In this document: piece after piece, positions 40,214 through 51,229 of the stretch | How the letters are laid out: every line of letters starts with the position of its first letter | Position numbering within the stretch: the first letter of the stretch is position 1 | DNA from: an uncultured Bacilli bacterium | GTDB taxonomy: Bacteria > Bacillota_I > Bacilli_A > RF39 > UBA660 | DNA length: 54,163 bases | Assembly: GCA_944350485.1 (NCBI GenBank) | Contig: CALVPE010000019.1 | Span: 1 to 54,163 of the forward strand | Direction: 5' to 3' | Notes under the pieces: model-generated | Seen by the model: only the letters and a program-made list of their open reading frames with translations | What the model was told of the DNA's origin: nothing | The model's database searches: none | Program-made: the position numbers and the translations under genes

Positions 40214-41800
40214 ATGAAGATTAAACAAAATATAATTAATTTAAAAAATAAATTTAAATTTTTAATAAATAAAGAAAACTTTTCTAAAAAGTATTTAAAT
40301 ACTAATTATAAAGCAAAGATAAAAATAATCTATATAACTATCATTTTTATAGTTATTTTCTTTTGCCTACTAGTATTTAATAATTTTAATAAAAAAGGAA
40401 TTAAAAATATTAAAATTCAAAACACTAATTTTCAGGAAATAGAAATTAGTTGGAATTCTTTAGAAAAATCAGAAAATATAGAAATAATTCTATCAGAAGA
40501 AAGATTCAATCATGATACTATTTTAAATGATTTAAATAATAATAAATTAAATTCAAATAATAAAAGAATTACTGCTAAAAATAAAAATAAAGTTACTATT
40601 AATAATCTTTTATCAAATACAGATTACTATGTTTTAGTAACTAGTTATAAAACTTTTAATAAACAAAAAATATATAATAAAGATTATAAAATTATGAAAA
40701 TCCATACTAGTCCTTTAAAAGTTGGCAAAGTATCTAATCTTAATAGTTTAGATATTACTAATGAAAGTATTAAATTAATCTGAAAAAATTGGACTACTAA
40801 CAATAAAAATCATGATAATAGTAATATTAAAATAACTTATAGTTTATATGAAGTTGATCAAAAAAATAATAATTTAAGTTTAATACAAGATAATATTAAA
40901 AAAAATGAAATTGTTATTAATAATTTAAAATCTTTAACCAAATATTGTTATAAAGTAATCGTTAATGTTTTAATTGATGGAAAAATTATTACTAATTTTG
41001 ATGGTGATTTATTAGAAGTTACTACAAAACCACAAGCTATACAAAATATTATAGCTAAAGAAAATAATAATAATTCAATAACTATTTCTTGGAGTGAAGT
41101 CAATGAAAATAAAGATAATGACATAACTTATTCTTTATATGGATCAGATAGTATTAAAGGTAATTTTAATTTAATTGCTGATAATCTTAAAAGTTTAAGT
41201 TATACTGAGATGGGTTTAACAAATGGGAAAACAAGATATTATTATGTTGTTACAAATGCTAATATAAATGGTTTAAAATATAAAAGTAATCGTAGTAATA
41301 TTGTTGAAGCTACTACTAAAAAAAATCTTTTAAATAATTATTCTAATTTTACTATTGATTATTATAATAATATTAATGATACAGATAATTCTAATAATAA
41401 TCCTGTTTTTAATTATCCCAGTAATGATAATTATTATTCTAGTGAAGAACAAAAAGCAAGAACTATTGCTAAAAATATAGCAAATAGTATTACTGGAAGC
41501 AGTGATTTAGAAAAAGTAAGAAAAGCTGCCCAAGTTGTTTATAATTATTATAAACAAGGAACTTATAATACTACCAGTAAGTATCATAACACTCCTTATG
41601 GAGTATTTGTTGATAAAAAATCTTCTTGTGCAGGAACAGCTAGAGCTTTAGGATTAGTTTTAGAGTATCTTGGTTATAATTGGAAACATCAAAATGAAAA
41701 TAAGTGGACACATCAATGGGTTGTTGTTACTATAGATGGGAAAACTGGTTGGGCTGATGGAATGCTTGGTATGACAGAATATGGTAGTTTTCCTTTTTAA
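40214..41800 (+). pseudogene. membrane-anchored 3x FN3 plus transglutaminase-like-core surface protein, interrupted by one in-frame TGA (40781-40783)
   Basis: Track ORFs 40187-40783 and 41210-41800 are in the same frame. The intervening 40784-41209 is open. The combined product has a TM anchor, three FN3-like repeats and a C-terminal SSCAGTARALG...THQWVVV...GWAD core. Confidence 0.75.
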
Positions 41801-41882
41801 AATAAAGGTTGTGAAATCACATTAAAGGTGTTAAAATAAAAACGATTTTAACATTTTTTATTTATTAAGAAAGGAGTTAAAG

Positions 41883-43838
41883 ATGTTTAATTTAGTTTCA
41901 AAATTTAAACCTAGTGGTGATCAACCAGAAGCAATTAATGAACTTGTTAAAGGAATAAAAGAAAATAAAAAACATCAAGTTTTATTAGGTGCAACAGGAA
42001 CTGGTAAAACTTTTACAATTGCTAATGTTATTAAAGAAGTTGATAAACCTACTTTAGTTTTAGCTCATAATAAAACTTTAGCTGGTCAATTATACTCTGA
42101 GTTAAAAGAATTATTTCCAGAAAATAGAGTTGAATACTTTGTAAGTTATTATGATTATTATCAACCAGAAGCATATGTTCCATCAAGTGATACCTATATT
42201 GAAAAAGATGCAAAAATTAATGATGAAATTGATGAACTTCGACACTCAGCAACAAGTGCTCTACTTTCAAGACGGGATGTTATTGTTGTTGCTAGTGTTT
42301 CTTGTATTTATGGTATTGGAGAAGTTGAGGAATATAAAAATAAAACTATTACTTTAAACGTTAATGATAACGTTGAACGTAATAAAATTATGTTAAAACT
42401 AGTTGATATGTTATATGAAAGAAACGAATTAGATTTTAAAAGAGGAACTTTTAGAGTTCGTGGTGATATTTTAGAAATTATTCCTGTTAATGAACATACT
42501 CATGGTATTAGAGTTGAATTTTTTGGTGATGAAATTGATAGGATTAGTGAAATTGATACTTTAACTGGAGAAATTATTACTAACAAAAAAAGTGTTACTA
42601 TTTTTCCAGCTAGCCACTTTGTTACTAATGATGAAAAGCTTTTAAGAGCAATTGCTAATATTAAAGAAGAAGCTTTGGAAAGAGAAAAATATTTTTTAGA
42701 TAATAATAAACCTTTAGAGGCAGAAAGAATTAGAGAAAGAACTAATTATGATATGGAAATGCTAGCTGAAACTGGCTTTTGTCATGGAATTGAAAATTAT
42801 TCAAGACATATTGCTCTTAAGAAAGTTGGTGAAACCCCTACTTGTTTACTTGACTTTTTTCCAAAAGATTATTTAATGGTTATTGATGAAAGTCACGTTA
42901 CAATTCCTCAAATTAGAGGTATGTATAATGGCGATCGTGCTCGAAAAATGAATTTAGTTGATTTTGGTTTCCGTCTTCCTAGTGCTCTTGATAACAGACC
43001 TTTAAAATTTAATGAGTTTGAAGAAAAAGTTAATCAAGTTATCTATGTTTCAGCAACCCCAGGTGATTATGAATTAGAATTAACTAATAATAAGTTTATA
43101 GAACAAATTATTAGACCAACTGGTCTTTTAGATCCAACAATTGAAGTTCGAAACACAAAAGGTCAAATCGAAGATTTAGTTGGAGAAATAAATGAAAGAA
43201 TTTTAAAAAATGAAAGAGTTTTGGTTACAACTTTAACAATTAGAATGGCTGAAGAATTAACTAATTATTTAAAGCAATTAGACATAAAAGTAGCTTATTT
43301 ACATTCAGAAATTAAAACTTTAGAAAGAATGAAAATTATTAGAGATTTAAGACTTGGTACCTATGATGTTTTAGTTGGTATTAACCTTTTAAGAGAAGGT
43401 CTTGATATTCCCGAAGTATCTTTAATTGCTATTTTAGATGCTGATAAAGAAGGCTTTTTAAGAAGTAGCCGCAGTTTAATTCAAACTATTGGAAGATGTG
43501 CTAGAAATGAACATGGTCATGTTATCTTATATGGTGATAAAATAACTGATAGTATGAACTATGCGATTACAGAAACTAAAAGACGTCGCGATATTCAAGA
43601 AGAATACAATAAAATTCATGGTATTACTCCAAAAACTATTGTTAAAGAAATAAGAGATTTAATCTCTAATGTTGATACAACAAATGACACTAAATCCAAA
43701 AAGAAAATGACTAAGAAAGAAAAAATCAATACTATTCAAAAGATTGAAGAAGAAATGAAAATAGCTGCTAAGGAACTTGACTTTGAAAGAGCTATGGAAC
43801 TTCGTGATATTTTATTTGAAATGAAAGGCGAACTATGA
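41883..43838 (+). CDS. uvrB: excinuclease ABC subunit B
   Basis: [10 protein letters not shown], the beta-hairpin [10 protein letters not shown], helicase motifs and a C-terminal UVR domain ([12 protein letters not shown]). Confidence 0.97.
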   Translation: MFNLVSKFKPSGDQPEAINELVKGIKENKKHQVLLGATGTGKTFTIANVIKEVDKPTLVLAHNKTLAGQLYSELKELFPENRVEYFVSYYDYYQPEAYVPSSDTYIEKDAKINDEIDELRHSATSALLSRRDVIVVASVSCIYGIGEVEEYKNKTITLNVNDNVERNKIMLKLVDMLYERNELDFKRGTFRVRGDILEIIPVNEHTHGIRVEFFGDEIDRISEIDTLTGEIITNKKSVTIFPASHFVTNDEKLLRAIANIKEEALEREKYFLDNNKPLEAERIRERTNYDMEMLAETGFCHGIENYSRHIALKKVGETPTCLLDFFPKDYLMVIDESHVTIPQIRGMYNGDRARKMNLVDFGFRLPSALDNRPLKFNEFEEKVNQVIYVSATPGDYELELTNNKFIEQIIRPTGLLDPTIEVRNTKGQIEDLVGEINERILKNERVLVTTLTIRMAEELTNYLKQLDIKVAYLHSEIKTLERMKIIRDLRLGTYDVLVGINLLREGLDIPEVSLIAILDADKEGFLRSSRSLIQTIGRCARNEHGHVILYGDKITDSMNYAITETKRRRDIQEEYNKIHGITPKTIVKEIRDLISNVDTTNDTKSKKKMTKKEKINTIQKIEEEMKIAAKELDFERAMELRDILFEMKGEL

Positions 43839-44674
43839 GATTTCAAAAAATATATATAGAAATAACTAATAAATGTAATTTAAATTGTTCTTTTTGTTCT
43901 GTTGATAGTCGTTTAAAAAAAGAATTAACTTTACAAGAATTTGACATAATATTAGACAAAATTAGACAATATACAAAAACTATTTATTTACATGTTAAAG
44001 GAGAACCACTTCTTCATCATAATTTTGAAAAAATTCTTGAATTAACTAAAAAATATAACCTTAATGTTAAAATAACAACCAACGGAACTTTACTTAAACA
44101 AAGACTTTCTATTTTACAAAAATTTGACAATATTAAACAAATTAATATATCTTTGCATTCAGAAAATAATTATCCACATTATTTTGAAAATGTTTTTTAT
44201 GTTTCAAATATTTTAGCTAAAAAAATACCTATCATATATAGAATTTGGCTTTTAAATAATTTGAAGTTAGATACTTTATCCACAATTATTGTGGATAAAA
44301 TTAAATCATATTATCATTTAGATAATAATTTTGATAATCTTATTTTAAATAAGAAGAATATAAAAATAAAAAATAATATTTATTTAGATAAAGATAATGA
44401 ATTTATTTGGCCAACTGATTTAAAAGATAACGATCAAAGTTTTGGTACTTGTCTTGGAAGTAGAAGTCATATAGCAATTCTTGTTAATGGAGATGTTGTT
44501 CCTTGTTGTCTTGATAGTCAAGGACTTTTAAAACTTGGTAATATTTTTGAAAATTCTTTAGATAACATCATTAATTCACCTCAATTTCAAGAGATTAATA
44601 ATGGTTTTAAAAATAATAAATTAGTCTGTAATCTTTGTAAAAACTGTAATTTTCGTCAGCAAAAATTTAATTAA
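43835..44674 (+). CDS. radical SAM / SPASM-like domain protein
   Basis: The N-terminal CNLNCSFC is a CxxxCxxC motif. The C-terminus has a Cys-rich auxiliary-cluster-like region (GTCLG...VVPCCLD...CNLCKNCNF). The ATG overlaps the uvrB TGA stop. Confidence 0.8.
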   Translation: MRFQKIYIEITNKCNLNCSFCSVDSRLKKELTLQEFDIILDKIRQYTKTIYLHVKGEPLLHHNFEKILELTKKYNLNVKITTNGTLLKQRLSILQKFDNIKQINISLHSENNYPHYFENVFYVSNILAKKIPIIYRIWLLNNLKLDTLSTIIVDKIKSYYHLDNNFDNLILNKKNIKIKNNIYLDKDNEFIWPTDLKDNDQSFGTCLGSRSHIAILVNGDVVPCCLDSQGLLKLGNIFENSLDNIINSPQFQEINNGFKNNKLVCNLCKNCNFRQQKFN

Positions 44675-44741
44675 AACTGTAATTTGTATTTCAATTTGAA
44701 ATATGCTATAATATGTAGTAGTGTTTTAAGGGAGTGATATA

Positions 44742-45095
44742 GTGGCTAAATTTTGTGTTAATTGTGGAAAAGAATTAAAAGAAGGTGCAGATATTTGTTT
44801 AAACTGTGGGAAAATAGTTAAAGAAAATATTAATAACAATAATATTAAAAGTGAAACTATTCCTACTGGAAAAAGTAAAGTTGCTGCCGGTATTTTAGGT
44901 ATTTTATTAGGTTGCTTTGGTGTTCATAATTTCTATTTAGGTTATACTGGTAAAGCTGTTGCACAGTTATTAATAACTATTTTATCTTGTTTTATTCTTT
45001 CACCTATTTCAGCTATTTGGGGTTTCATCGAAGGTATCTTAATCTTATGTGGTAGCATCGATAAAGATGCTAATGGCCATAAATTAGTTGATTAA
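44742..45095 (+). CDS. zinc-ribbon plus TM2-domain membrane protein
   Basis: GTG start after the AAGGGAG RBS. It has a CxxC...CxxC ribbon followed by a TM2-like segment GILGILLGCFGVHNFYLGYTGKA. Confidence 0.75.
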   Translation: MAKFCVNCGKELKEGADICLNCGKIVKENINNNNIKSETIPTGKSKVAAGILGILLGCFGVHNFYLGYTGKAVAQLLITILSCFILSPISAIWGFIEGILILCGSIDKDANGHKLVD

Positions 45096-45104
45096 AAAAA
45101 TCTT

Positions 45105-45144
45105 AATAAAAAAATCATACCCAAAATGGATATGATTTTTTTTT
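45105..45144. terminator. bidirectional rho-independent terminator between convergent genes
   Basis: A hairpin (aaatcatacc / ggatatgattt, one mismatch) flanked by an A-run on the left and a T-run on the right. Confidence 0.65.
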
Positions 45145-45934
45145 AACCAAGTAAAACATCTAGCAACATCATAATAGTAAAACCAATTAAACTACACATA
45201 GATATCATTTCTTTATTTTCATTAGTTTGACTTTCAGGTATTAATTCTTCAATTACAACATAAATCATAGCTCCAGCTGCAAAAGCAAGTAAAAAAGGAA
45301 GTATTACTCGTATTTTTAAAACTAATAAAGCTCCAAGAACACCAGCAATTGGTTCTACTATTCCACTTAAACTTCCTAAAATAAAAGCTTTCTTTTTACT
45401 CATACCTTCTCGTAAAAGTGGTACACTAACAGCTGTTCCTTCCGGAAAATTTTGAATACCAATTCCAATTGCTAAAGTCCAAGCTGACATTAAAGTAGCG
45501 CCATCTAAACCATATAAAGTTGAACCAAAAGCTGTCCCAATTGCCAAACCCTCGGGAATATTATGTAAAGTGATTGAAATAATCAACATTAAAGTTCGAT
45601 GCTTAGCTCCAAATTTTTCCAAACCTTGAATTTTTTTAGTAATTTTATCACCAAGAAATAATAGCAAACCACCTGCTAAAAAACCACCTGCTACAACTAA
45701 GAAAACACTCATATTTAAATTATTAGCCATGTCAATCGAAGGAGACAACAAAGACCAAAATGAAGCAGCAATCATAACTCCTGCTGCAATACCAAGCATA
45801 CCATCTAATATATTTTTATTAATTTTTTTAAACATAAAAACTAAACCTGATCCTAAAGCAGTTACTAAAAAAGTAAATAAAGTTGCCAGCAAAGCTTGAA
45901 TAATCGGATTTAATTCCAAAAGAAAATTAGACAT
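45143..45934 (-). CDS. ZIP-family metal (zinc) transporter
   Basis: ZIP motifs HNIPEGLAIG and QNFPEG within an 8-TM layout. The start is set at MSNFLLE after the GGAGG RBS. Confidence 0.88.
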   Translation of the reverse strand: MSNFLLELNPIIQALLATLFTFLVTALGSGLVFMFKKINKNILDGMLGIAAGVMIAASFWSLLSPSIDMANNLNMSVFLVVAGGFLAGGLLLFLGDKITKKIQGLEKFGAKHRTLMLIISITLHNIPEGLAIGTAFGSTLYGLDGATLMSAWTLAIGIGIQNFPEGTAVSVPLLREGMSKKKAFILGSLSGIVEPIAGVLGALLVLKIRVILPFLLAFAAGAMIYVVIEELIPESQTNENKEMISMCSLIGFTIMMLLDVLLG

Positions 45935-45982
45935 ATTTCCTCCAAACAAATTATTTTATGAAATATATCTAATTTTGTATAG

Positions 45983-46915
45983 TTATTTTTTTAAAACTAA
46001 TCCATTAGCATAAGATTTATTTTCAAATAATTTTTCTAAATCAATCTCTTGTTCTAAAAAAATATAATCATATAAACTTTCAATAACCTTAACACCTTTA
46101 CCAATTACTTCTTCATATAAATCAAAAAAACTAGAATTTCGAAATAACTTTTTATTATCTATATTAAACCAGTTATCATGATTATTATTTAAATATAAAT
46201 TATCTCGATCTAATTTAAAATTATATGATAAATAACGAATATCTCGAAAAAATAACCTAGCTAAAGGATTAATAATTTGATAAATTATATATTTAATTTT
46301 ATAAGGATCATATCTTAAATAATGAAAGAAAAACTTCATTTGCTTTAAACTTTTAAAATAATAAATACCTATATTATCTTTTTTAAAAACCTCTTTAAAA
46401 CTTTCATTTAATAAATCTTTTATTTCTCTATTTTCTTTAGCATTAAAACAAAAATTATAACCTTTAAATTTTCGATAATCTATTTTTTCTTTTTCTTTAA
46501 TCAAATAATTATCAAGATAAGTTTCCATTATAAAATGATTATCTTTAAGATTTAAATTTTTTCTAACTAATAAAGATGCTTGATAATTAATAAACGGATG
46601 CATAGTACTATCAGCTAAATAATGAGTAACCAGACCTACTAAATAAGTAAATTTTTCTTTATTTTGAGATTTTTTAACATTTTTAGTTAAATTAATTAGT
46701 AAATCATTTGTTTTTTGATTATGCACTAATCGACCTAATTTAATTATATCTCGACTTTTTTTAGTAATAGGCAAGAAAATATGATAGAAGTATAAAACAT
46801 CTAATCCTTGACTATAAGTTTTATAACTTTCTAAATTGATTTGTTTTTTTATTTTGTTATCTAATTTTTGATAAATATCTTTGGCAAGATATGCATGAGT
46901 AATACTTGATGGCAT
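45983..46915 (-). CDS. zinc-dependent phospholipase C-like family protein
   Basis: The N-terminal SSITHAYLAKD and the HYLADSTMHPF pattern are typical of this family of uncharacterised Firmicute proteins. Confidence 0.6.
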   Translation of the reverse strand: MPSSITHAYLAKDIYQKLDNKIKKQINLESYKTYSQGLDVLYFYHIFLPITKKSRDIIKLGRLVHNQKTNDLLINLTKNVKKSQNKEKFTYLVGLVTHYLADSTMHPFINYQASLLVRKNLNLKDNHFIMETYLDNYLIKEKEKIDYRKFKGYNFCFNAKENREIKDLLNESFKEVFKKDNIGIYYFKSLKQMKFFFHYLRYDPYKIKYIIYQIINPLARLFFRDIRYLSYNFKLDRDNLYLNNNHDNWFNIDNKKLFRNSSFFDLYEEVIGKGVKVIESLYDYIFLEQEIDLEKLFENKSYANGLVLKK

Positions 46916-46921
46916 CTTGAC

Positions 46922-48160
46922 CTACTTTACTAATAGATCAAGAGCTTTTTGCATCTGACTATCATACATATTTTCTGCATCACTAGCTTTATATTCTATT
47001 TCATATTCTGGTTTTATACCATCTTCACCAATAGATTTGCCATTTGGAGTTAACCACTCTTGATAAGTAAATTTAATAGTTGCCCCATTACTTAAATCTT
47101 GTGTTTTTTGTACTTTACTTTTTCCATAAGTTATTGTTCCAACTGTAAAAGCACCATAAACTTCCTTCATAGCACATGTTAAAATCTCACTAGCAGAAGC
47201 TGAACCTCCATTAACTAAAATAGCCACCTTATAATCTCTTTTCTCATTTGTTTTATCATAAATTTTTTCTATTTTACCTTTTGTTTTTAACTGATATATT
47301 AAAGCATCTTTTTCATTAAACATAGATAATATATCCGTTACCACAGATAAATAACCCCCACTATTACCTCTAACATCAATTATTAAAGATTCAAGACCAT
47401 CTTCTTCAAGATTTATAAGCTTTTTTTTAAATTGTTCAAAAGTATTAGCTGCAAATATATCGATTAAGATGTAACCAATATTTTTATCTTGATAAGAAAT
47501 AAGTTTTGATGAAACTGATTGGATATCAATATTAGTTCTAGTTATCTCAAAATTTTTTTCTTCTTCACCCCTTAAAATTGTTAATTTAACTTTTGTTCCC
47601 TCTTTTCCTCGAACAAGATTAGAAACTTCAGCTAAAGATTTCTTTTGAATATCTTCATTATCAACTTTAATTAAAATATCACCAACTCTTAAACCAGCTT
47701 TATAAGCTGGACCATCCTCATTTACTTTCGTAAATTCTAATTTCAAATCTTCATACTGAACAATTTCAGTTCCAATTCCAACATATTCACCACTTATCTT
47801 TTCATTAAAAGCTATTGTTGCTTCTTCATCCATATATGTAGAATAAGGATCGCCTAAATAATTAATCATTCCTTTAACTCCAGCTTCTAACAATTCATTT
47901 TCTGGTATTTCTTGATAATATTCATTTAAAATTTCCGTATAAGTATCAACAAACTCATTTAAATCTTTCTTAATACCAGTATTTAAAGTTCCTTTTCGAT
48001 ACATCAAAACTCCACCTACAAGCATACCAAAAATAGTTGTAATAATCATTAAAGCTACTACTTCCATAAAATTAAATTTATTTTTCTTATCTAAAAAATT
48101 AAAAGTTGTCTTCATTTTTTCTTTTAAATTAAGATATTTATTTTTTAATTTTTCTTTCAT
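46922..48160 (-). CDS. S41-family carboxy-terminal processing peptidase
   Basis: TM anchor, PDZ domain, and the motifs RGNSGGYL and GGSASASEI. The second ATG was chosen for better RBS spacing. Confidence 0.9.
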   Translation of the reverse strand: MKEKLKNKYLNLKEKMKTTFNFLDKKNKFNFMEVVALMIITTIFGMLVGGVLMYRKGTLNTGIKKDLNEFVDTYTEILNEYYQEIPENELLEAGVKGMINYLGDPYSTYMDEEATIAFNEKISGEYVGIGTEIVQYEDLKLEFTKVNEDGPAYKAGLRVGDILIKVDNEDIQKKSLAEVSNLVRGKEGTKVKLTILRGEEEKNFEITRTNIDIQSVSSKLISYQDKNIGYILIDIFAANTFEQFKKKLINLEEDGLESLIIDVRGNSGGYLSVVTDILSMFNEKDALIYQLKTKGKIEKIYDKTNEKRDYKVAILVNGGSASASEILTCAMKEVYGAFTVGTITYGKSKVQKTQDLSNGATIKFTYQEWLTPNGKSIGEDGIKPEYEIEYKASDAENMYDSQMQKALDLLVK

Positions 48161-48251
48161 ATTCATCTCCTAATTAATTATATTAATATAATAGCATATT
48201 TTACTTATTAATTAAATGAATTTTTGATGAAATTTCTATAAGAAAAAAGAA

Positions 48252-49676
48252 CTATTTTTGAATTAATAGTTCTAGTCTTTCATCATATCTTAAAACTTTA
48301 CTATAATAATCCTTACCATTACCATTAAATAAACCATGACGACTATTTGAATAACCTGCTACTATATAATCTGTTGTTTGATTAATTAAATTAGCATCAT
48401 CAGGAATAGCTTTAATAATTGAAGTTAAATTATCATTTTTTTTGCCACCATAAACTTTTTTATTTAACACTTTTCCTTCATAATTAAATGCAACTATCAT
48501 GGCTTCTAACATATCTTTTTGATAATTTAAATCATCTATTTCAATATCACTTGATTTAGTATATCCAACAGCAATTATTTTATTATCAAGTAAAATTAAA
48601 GAATTAAAACGATCATCTTGATTACCTTTTAAAGTCATTTGACTAAGTAATTCACCATTTAAATCATAAACAAAAATACAAGCATCATATTCATAAATGG
48701 CATTTCCATCAGCATCTTTTTTATCAGAAGTATTATAACTTGAAGCAATATAAAGTTTATCATCTTTTAATAACATATTAGAAAAACCAAAAGTATCAGT
48801 GTTAGCATAATTTTTAATCCAAAGTTTAGTTCCATTTAAATCAAATTTAACAAGCATACCATAGTTAGCTGCATCTTTACCACAAGCAATATAACCATCA
48901 TCAACTCTAACTAAATCATTGAAAATTCCCGACTTATTACCACCATGATTATTAGTCCAAACAAAATTACCATCTAAATCATATTTAACAATAATTCCAC
49001 CCCCCATAGGATGATTTCCTATTTCCATATTTTCATAGATACTTTGACCAACAACTACAATACCATCTTCTACTACTAAAACTTTTTTAAACTCCGTATC
49101 ACCTAAAACTTGATAATTCTTACTCCAAACAAAATTACCATCTAAATCATATTTAACAATTAAACCATCTCTTGTATTAAGACTTAATTGCTTCTTTTCA
49201 TAGACATAACTACCAACAGCAATATAACCATCATCTACTTTAACAACATCATAAAAAGTAGAATCATAATCACTTTTAAAAGTACTTTCAAAAACAACAT
49301 TTAATTCTTTATCATATTTTACAAATTTAGCTTTCTCTGCATAAATTTTTTGAACTTCTTTATCTTTCTCATTTTGATATTCATAAATAAACGGTTCATT
49401 ATAACGACTATGTTTAAAATTACTAGAACCAGCTGCTATATAATAACTATCATCAACACTTCGAATACTATTTAAACTATCGGTATAAGTAATCTTATTT
49501 TCTCTTGAAATATGCATAACTAACATAACAATTAATTCAATAGCAACTATAACAAGACAAACTAAACCAATTAATTTAGCTTTTCTTTTTAAAGATAAAT
49601 TATCAATTGTCTCTTTTTTGTTTTGTTTTTTCTTATTTTTTAAATTTTTATCTTTAGATACATTATTTTTACCCAC
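48252..49676 (-). CDS. membrane-anchored beta-propeller-like repeat protein
   Basis: GTG start after AGGTGG. It has a basic N-terminus and a TM helix, followed by repeated units containing VKYDLDGNFVW, VKFDLNGTKLW and VYDLNGELL. Confidence 0.7.
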   Translation of the reverse strand: MGKNNVSKDKNLKNKKKQNKKETIDNLSLKRKAKLIGLVCLVIVAIELIVMLVMHISRENKITYTDSLNSIRSVDDSYYIAAGSSNFKHSRYNEPFIYEYQNEKDKEVQKIYAEKAKFVKYDKELNVVFESTFKSDYDSTFYDVVKVDDGYIAVGSYVYEKKQLSLNTRDGLIVKYDLDGNFVWSKNYQVLGDTEFKKVLVVEDGIVVVGQSIYENMEIGNHPMGGGIIVKYDLDGNFVWTNNHGGNKSGIFNDLVRVDDGYIACGKDAANYGMLVKFDLNGTKLWIKNYANTDTFGFSNMLLKDDKLYIASSYNTSDKKDADGNAIYEYDACIFVYDLNGELLSQMTLKGNQDDRFNSLILLDNKIIAVGYTKSSDIEIDDLNYQKDMLEAMIVAFNYEGKVLNKKVYGGKKNDNLTSIIKAIPDDANLINQTTDYIVAGYSNSRHGLFNGNGKDYYSKVLRYDERLELLIQK

Positions 49677-49720
49677 ATTACCACCTATTTAATAATAACA
49701 TTTTTTTAAAGTAAAAACAA

Positions 49721-50947
49721 TTACTTATGTCTAATAACAAAATATTTTTTCTTACCCTTTCTAATAATAGTAAATTCCTTAAACAAAGCATTTTCTTTTT
49801 TAACAATAAAATCTAAATCATTAACCTTTTCTCCATTTAAAGAAATAGAATTATTACTTATAAATTCTCTAGCTTCTCTTTTGCTTGAAACAATAGAAGC
49901 ATTAACAAGTAAATCAACTAAATTAAGATCTGCTACTAATTCATAACTATCCATATTCTTTGAAGCATCAACAAGCTCTTCATGAGATAATTCTTTAATA
50001 TTTCCTTTAAATAAAGATTCACTAATATGAACAGCTTTTAAATATTCATCATGTCCATGTAAAAAAGTTATTATTTCTTCAGCAAGTTTTTTATGAGCTA
50101 ATCTTAAATGTGGTTCTTTTTGATTAATTTCTTCATATTTTTCTATTTCTTCTTTAGTTAAGAAAGTATAGATTTTTAAATAATCAATTACCATACTATC
50201 TTCAACATTTACTAAAAATTGATATAATTCGTAAGATGATGTTTTCTCCTTATCAAGCCATAAAGCATTTCCTTCACTTTTACCAAATTTAACTCCATGA
50301 CTATCGGTTACTAAAGGCATAGTAAAAGCATAAACGGTATCCCCCGTTGCTTTTTTAATTAAATCAACCCCAGCAGTAATATTTCCCCATTGATCACTTC
50401 CAGCCACTTGTAAATCACAACCTCTTGTTTTATGAAGATGTAAAAAATCAAGAGCTTGTAAAATCATATAAGAAAACTCTGTAAAAGAAATACCAGTTTC
50501 AAGACGTCTTCTAACTGTATCTTTATCAAGCATATAATTAACAGTAAAATACTTACCATAATCTCTTAAAAAATCAACAACATTAATATCTTTATACCAA
50601 TCTAAATTATTAACAACTTCAAAGTCAAAAATTTTTTCAACTTGACTTCTTAACCCTAAATAATTTTTTTCAATTTCTTCACGTGACTTTTTATCTCTTT
50701 CACAAGTAGCTTTTGGATCTCCTATTAAACCAGTTCCTCCACCAACTAATAAAATAGGATTATGACCCGCATCTTTTAATCTTTTGGATATCAAAAAACT
50801 TGATAAATGACCAATATGCATACTATCAGCTGTTGGATCAGTTCCAATATAAAAAGTCATTCCTCCTTTATTTAATTTTTCTTCAAGTTCAGGACTAGTA
50901 ATATCTTTAATAAGTCCTCGCCATTTTAATTCTTCAAAAAGTGTCAT
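49721..50947 (-). CDS. tyrS: tyrosine--tRNA ligase
   Basis: The HIGH motif (MHIGHL), the KMSKS variant KFGKS and a C-terminal S4-like domain. GGAGG RBS. Confidence 0.96.
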   Translation of the reverse strand: MTLFEELKWRGLIKDITSPELEEKLNKGGMTFYIGTDPTADSMHIGHLSSFLISKRLKDAGHNPILLVGGGTGLIGDPKATCERDKKSREEIEKNYLGLRSQVEKIFDFEVVNNLDWYKDINVVDFLRDYGKYFTVNYMLDKDTVRRRLETGISFTEFSYMILQALDFLHLHKTRGCDLQVAGSDQWGNITAGVDLIKKATGDTVYAFTMPLVTDSHGVKFGKSEGNALWLDKEKTSSYELYQFLVNVEDSMVIDYLKIYTFLTKEEIEKYEEINQKEPHLRLAHKKLAEEIITFLHGHDEYLKAVHISESLFKGNIKELSHEELVDASKNMDSYELVADLNLVDLLVNASIVSSKREAREFISNNSISLNGEKVNDLDFIVKKENALFKEFTIIRKGKKKYFVIRHK

Positions 50948-50963
50948 AATTTTCCTCCTTTAA

Positions 50964-51125
50964 ACAAAAAACATTACAATTAAGGACGAACTAACCGTGG
51001 TACCACCTTATTTTGTAATGTTATTTACACTCATTAAGATAACGCTTCAAGCGATTTAACTCCATTTACGTAACTTCCCTATTAAACCTATTAGTTTGCA
51101 CCAACCACTAATTCTCTAAAACAAA
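50964..51125 (-). promoter_or_regulatory. T-box leader (tyrosine-specific) upstream of tyrS
   Basis: On the minus strand there is an AGAGA box near 51118. A UAC triplet lies in the context gggaagUUACGuaaaugg (51072-51070). The T-box core is AAGGUGGUACCACGG (51009-50995). A terminator (aacattacaa...ttgtaatgtt) with a T-run follows. Confidence 0.85.
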
Positions 51126-51229
51126 TTTAATAGTTAAATATAAACTTCTTTGTTAAATATGATTATATGTTATCAAACTTATTAATAAATTACAAGTATT
51201 TTAAATTATTTTTCATTAAAATTATCTTT

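Noticed and set aside
40781-40783. Genome-wide genetic code 4 (TGA = Trp) as the explanation for the in-frame TGA
   Set aside because: Long conserved ORFs (fusA, nrdD, uvrB, tuf, the 1021-aa permease) contain many TGG Trp codons and no internal TGA. TGA also sits at sensible gene ends in ATGA overlaps (43836-43838, 36280-36282, 53246-53248) and before a tandem TAA at 53568. A code-4 AT-rich genome would be riddled with TGA-split ORFs, and this window is not.
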